NCBI GenBank assembly: GCA_039024555.1
Contig: JBCCQQ010000003.1
Location: 1-64,000 of the forward strand
Source of the DNA: Cyanobacteria bacterium P01_D01_bin.156
Lineage (GTDB): Bacteria > Cyanobacteriota > Cyanobacteriia > Phormidesmidales > Phormidesmidaceae
Length of the DNA: 64,000 nt
Direction of reading: 5' to 3'
Positions within the stretch are counted from its first letter, which is position 1. Every line of letters starts with the position of its first letter. The translations under genes and the position numbers were made by a program. Under the pieces are notes generated by a model. That model made no database searches, was not told the DNA's origin, and saw only the letters and a program-made list of their open reading frames with translations. Shown here one piece after another: positions 60,828 to 64,000 of this stretch.

Positions 60828-61919
60828 TCAACTAAACGACAAGATCAAGGAGCCTGACTGAAACTTAGCACCGGTCACAGAGCGTCCTCTCAGAGCTGCA
60901 GGCAGAGTTAAGTTGCGTCGCTGATCACCTGCTTCAATAGTGACTTCTGGCCCATATTGAGTAAGCTGAATTTGCTTCTTATCAAAACCAGGTAAAAACA
61001 GACGGACAGTACTATTCGCAAGGTCAATTTCTATAGGGGGAGGGACTAACGGTGCCTCGATATAGTCAGGCATTGCCGACGATAGGGTCTGCCAATCATC
61101 AGTGGGCGCTGGTAAAACACTGATCGGCAAAGGTTCAAATCCCTCAACCTGATGGGTATCACTGCGATTTAACAATAGGCCAGCAACAGTTAGCTCCACT
61201 TGCTGAGCAGCTCCCCAAAGATAAAGGGCGGTTGAGAGCGCAATATCGTCTCCACTGGAAACTAAATAGGCGCGCACCCGCATCGGATCTTTAACAGCCT
61301 CCACACCTTGACCAATCAAACCCGTACCTTGCTTAACTTCAGGATGGTCAAAAACATCACCTGATAATCCACCACTTAAGACGGCTCCGGCCACAGGCTG
61401 AACAAACGGCATAATCGCTTTCGAAAATTGCGAAGCTTGGAATACTTGTCTGAATCGCCGAAAATACCAATCGATGCCTGCAGGCATTCCCCACATTCGC
61501 AGGCTCCCTTGATCGCCAGGGCCATCGTGAACAATTACATCGTAGTCACTACTTGCATCGAATTCCCTGATCGCATTGAGGGTTAGTGCTTGGTCCATGC
61601 CCGGCAGCACACTCAGCTCCTGACCGTACACATCCTTAAAAAAGGGATCTCGCAGATACTGAGCTTCAAACCGCTTAAGCTGCTCCCAATTTTGCTCCAA
61701 CAGCTGCGCGGATTGTAGCTGTACCGCCCACAAATTAGAGGCTATCGATACTGGTTTAGCAGCGACTTCATTCCTAAGCAGCATGCTAAAGCCAGGACCT
61801 GCATCCTCAGTCGCTAAAAGGACACGTTGCCCCTGCATGGATAGTTTCTTAGCAGTCGCGATCGCACATGTAGAACGACCACTTCCTCCTTTTCCCAGGA
61901 AGGTCAGAATTAAGGCCAT
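60828..61919 (-). CDS. ArsA/Get3-family ATPase with C-terminal HSP20-like domain (Get3d-like)
   Basis: TFLGKGGSGRST, LPGMD and LFLPGFDKKQIQLTQYGPE. Confidence 0.9.
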   Translation of the reverse strand: MALILTFLGKGGSGRSTCAIATAKKLSMQGQRVLLATEDAGPGFSMLLRNEVAAKPVSIASNLWAVQLQSAQLLEQNWEQLKRFEAQYLRDPFFKDVYGQELSVLPGMDQALTLNAIREFDASSDYDVIVHDGPGDQGSLRMWGMPAGIDWYFRRFRQVFQASQFSKAIMPFVQPVAGAVLSGGLSGDVFDHPEVKQGTGLIGQGVEAVKDPMRVRAYLVSSGDDIALSTALYLWGAAQQVELTVAGLLLNRSDTHQVEGFEPLPISVLPAPTDDWQTLSSAMPDYIEAPLVPPPIEIDLANSTVRLFLPGFDKKQIQLTQYGPEVTIEAGDQRRNLTLPAALRGRSVTGAKFQSGSLILSFS

Positions 61920-62010
61920 CAGTAACCACTAAAGATTAAAAAAGCTATTCAAGAGCTAAATCAAAAGGCACCTGATGCCAGGCACCCCCTCTCGGTTTCT
62001 CTAGACCAAA

Positions 62011-62211
62011 CTAGACCGTTGCTTTCAGTTCATCCTCAAAAAACCAGCTAGCAAACTGGTCTGAAAACTCAACGACAACACCCACACCACTGCCATCTAC
62101 CATCTTGAACTGGGTAATGGTGCCTTCTTGACCTAGACGCTTAGCAACACTACCAGACACCCGATCTCGTACCCGAATTACCTTTACCTTTTGCCCGATG
62201 TCTAAAGCCAT
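62011..62211 (-). CDS. petP: Cytochrome b6f-associated subunit PetP (DUF2862)
   Basis: IGQKVKV.RVRDRV...KMVDGSGVGVVVEF....SWFFEDEL. Confidence 0.9.
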   Translation of the reverse strand: MALDIGQKVKVIRVRDRVSGSVAKRLGQEGTITQFKMVDGSGVGVVVEFSDQFASWFFEDELKATV

Positions 62212-62387
62212 GCTCTAAGATCCTCCTCTCTAGATTCCGATGACTGAAATACTCAGCTCACTGAATATTAAGAATTAAAACTAAACCTAAGTTTATCAGT
62301 GTCTTGCGTTTTGTAATCCATCCAAAAAAACTATTACTGGTAGGATGTTAGTCTTCTCAACCACGTATCCATATCAACTCGTATTTC

Positions 62388-63149
62388 ATGTTGGCTAAGC
62401 GAATTTTGCCCTGTCTGGATGTCAAAGCAGGTCGTGTTGTCAAAGGAGTCAACTTTGTAGAGCTTAAAGATGCAGGAGACCCGGTAGAGCTGGCCCAAGC
62501 CTACAACGACGCAGGGGCTGATGAACTGGTTTTTTTAGACATTACGGCCACCCATGAAGACCGCAACATTATCTTTGATGTTGTGCACCGTACAGCAGAA
62601 AAAGTCTTTATCCCATTAACAGTCGGTGGGGGAGTCAATTCTATCGCCACGATCAAGCAGCTTTTGCGAGCTGGTGCAGACAAAGTCAGCATCAACTCTG
62701 GTGCCGTCCGTAACCCAAACTTTATTCAAACAGCCAGCGATCGCTTTGGCAGTCAATGTATTGTGGTCGCTATTGACGCAAAGCGCCGCCCCGATCAGTC
62801 AGGCTGGGACGTGTATGTCAGAGGTGGACGAGAAAATACTGGCTTAGATGCAGTTCAATGGGCAAGAGATGTGGTCGCGCGTGGTGCCGGAGAATTGCTA
62901 ATAACCAGCATGGATGCAGATGGAACACAGGCTGGTTACGATTTGGAACTTACACGTGCAATATCCAACTCAGTCAATGTTCCAGTCATTGCTTCGGGCG
63001 GGGCTGGAACCTGCAAGCATATTCATCAAGCATTTACAGAAGGAAAAGCAGAAGCTGCTCTCCTCGCGTCACTGCTACATTATGGACAGCTGACCGTAGC
63101 AGAAATAAAAGCTTACCTAACCCAAAAGCAGATTGCTGTCAGACCATAA
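62388..63149 (+). CDS. hisF: Imidazole glycerol phosphate synthase cyclase subunit
   Basis: [22 protein letters not shown] and ASGGAG. Confidence 0.98.
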   Translation: MLAKRILPCLDVKAGRVVKGVNFVELKDAGDPVELAQAYNDAGADELVFLDITATHEDRNIIFDVVHRTAEKVFIPLTVGGGVNSIATIKQLLRAGADKVSINSGAVRNPNFIQTASDRFGSQCIVVAIDAKRRPDQSGWDVYVRGGRENTGLDAVQWARDVVARGAGELLITSMDADGTQAGYDLELTRAISNSVNVPVIASGGAGTCKHIHQAFTEGKAEAALLASLLHYGQLTVAEIKAYLTQKQIAVRP

Positions 63150-63306
63150 AACTCAATGTTGCGTATCAAGCCCCAACTGACAAAGGATTTAGGCGAATAA
63201 TTTAGCACTCATAAAATATTCCCAAGCGACAGGCACTTTCATGAGAGCACTGTTACAATATGTAAAAGTACAGTCTCATTTCTTTAAGCCTACCCTTTTA
63301 TTATCG

Positions 63307-63603
63307 ATGACGCTTCTAATTATAGCCATCGTTACCGGTTTGGTTGTTTGGGCGCTTCGTCTTATGGACAGAGCCTTAGTAAGCCAAGAATTTTCTCTGA
63401 TGTTGGCCGGTTTTTTGGTCGCATCAGCCGCAGCTGCCATGGTGGGCGTTTACTTTCTCATGAGCGACTACATGGTTTACATGCATCAAAGTGAACTATT
63501 GCTCAACGATCACTATTTTGATGACGTTTTGATTTTGGATGATCGTCTTTCCATGGAATCAAATATGGGCTCTATGGAAATTGCAAACTTGGTTGGCGAT
63601 TAA
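63307..63603 (+). CDS. Small two-TM hypothetical protein
   Basis: WALRLM..A...EFSLMLAG.LV motif; start moved to MTLLII. Confidence 0.65.
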   Translation: MTLLIIAIVTGLVVWALRLMDRALVSQEFSLMLAGFLVASAAAAMVGVYFLMSDYMVYMHQSELLLNDHYFDDVLILDDRLSMESNMGSMEIANLVGD

Positions 63604-63667
63604 CTCTAGCAGGGCCTTCATACTGAGGGGTTTATCAAGTCTTTTTTATAAGGACATCTAGTTTTTT

Positions 63668-63758
63668 GGCGTTGCTGAGCCTCAGTATGATTTTATCTGC
63701 CAAATTCAGCACTCTGGCAAGATTTACAGAGTATTTCATCTTCTAAATCAGTAGCGGC
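63668..63758. mobile_element. 91-bp MITE-like element, copy 2
   Basis: GGCGTTGCTGA ... TCAGTAGCGGC ends; flanks AGTTTTTT / AGTTTCTA; 66/91 identical to copy 1 without gaps (hand count). Confidence 0.8.
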
Positions 63759-63843
63759 AGTTTCTATATACATTTGAGGTCGCACAGGCGCTTATTTAAC
63801 TATCAAAGGCATATATACAATCAACATATTTGAGGGCACTTAA

Positions 63844-63999
63844 CTATTTCATCAGGCCTTGCCATGTTGCTGGACCAACAATGCCATCAACAGTTAGTCC
63901 GGCTTGGCTCTGAAAGTTCTTAACGGCTTGCTCAGTGTTTAACCCGAATACACCATCTAGGGGACCATCATATAGATTGAGTGCAGCTAAACGTTCTTG
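63844..63999 (-). CDS. C-terminus of a peptidoglycan-binding domain (PG_binding_1) protein, partial; not in the ORF track
   Basis: QERLAALNLYDGPLDGVFGLNTEQAVKNFQSQAGLTVDGIVGPATWQGLMK*. Confidence 0.9.
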   Translation of the reverse strand, partial: QERLAALNLYDGPLDGVFGLNTEQAVKNFQSQAGLTVDGIVGPATWQGLMK

Positions 64000-64000
64000 C

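Overview
Chromosomal window of a cyanobacterium, shown by about 29 HIP1 GCGATCGC octamers counted by eye and by psbK, psb35, petP, chlG and the ndhF3-ndhD3-cupA-cupS CO2-uptake operon. sodN suggests a marine lineage (inference). Most of the window is housekeeping: ribF, mraY, scpB, map, clpB, cysK, cobS, tgt, pheT, mrdA, potABCD, PBP1A and hisF. Several features are absent from the ORF track: the 3' end of an ISAzo13-type IS at the left edge, psbK, a probable 6S RNA at about 45061-45240, a partial peptidoglycan-binding protein at the right edge, and two copies of a 91-bp MITE-like element with 8-bp target duplications. The accessory stretch at about 21.4-28.7 kb is the most interesting part. 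It holds Ni-SOD with a candidate InrS-type operator, a lipoprotein Excalibur-NucA nuclease with its NuiA inhibitor, and a Panacea antitoxin coupled to an uncharacterised MazF/PemK-like ORF that has His at the usual catalytic Arg position. A degenerate copy of the antitoxin's 5' end lies upstream of that pair and a MITE lies downstream. Other leads are a CymR-like Rrf2 regulator with a CysK-binding tail next to cysK, a candidate sRNA at about 39220-39312, and a motif shared by the hsp20 and clpB promoters. All calls come from motif recognition by eye; no database searches were run.
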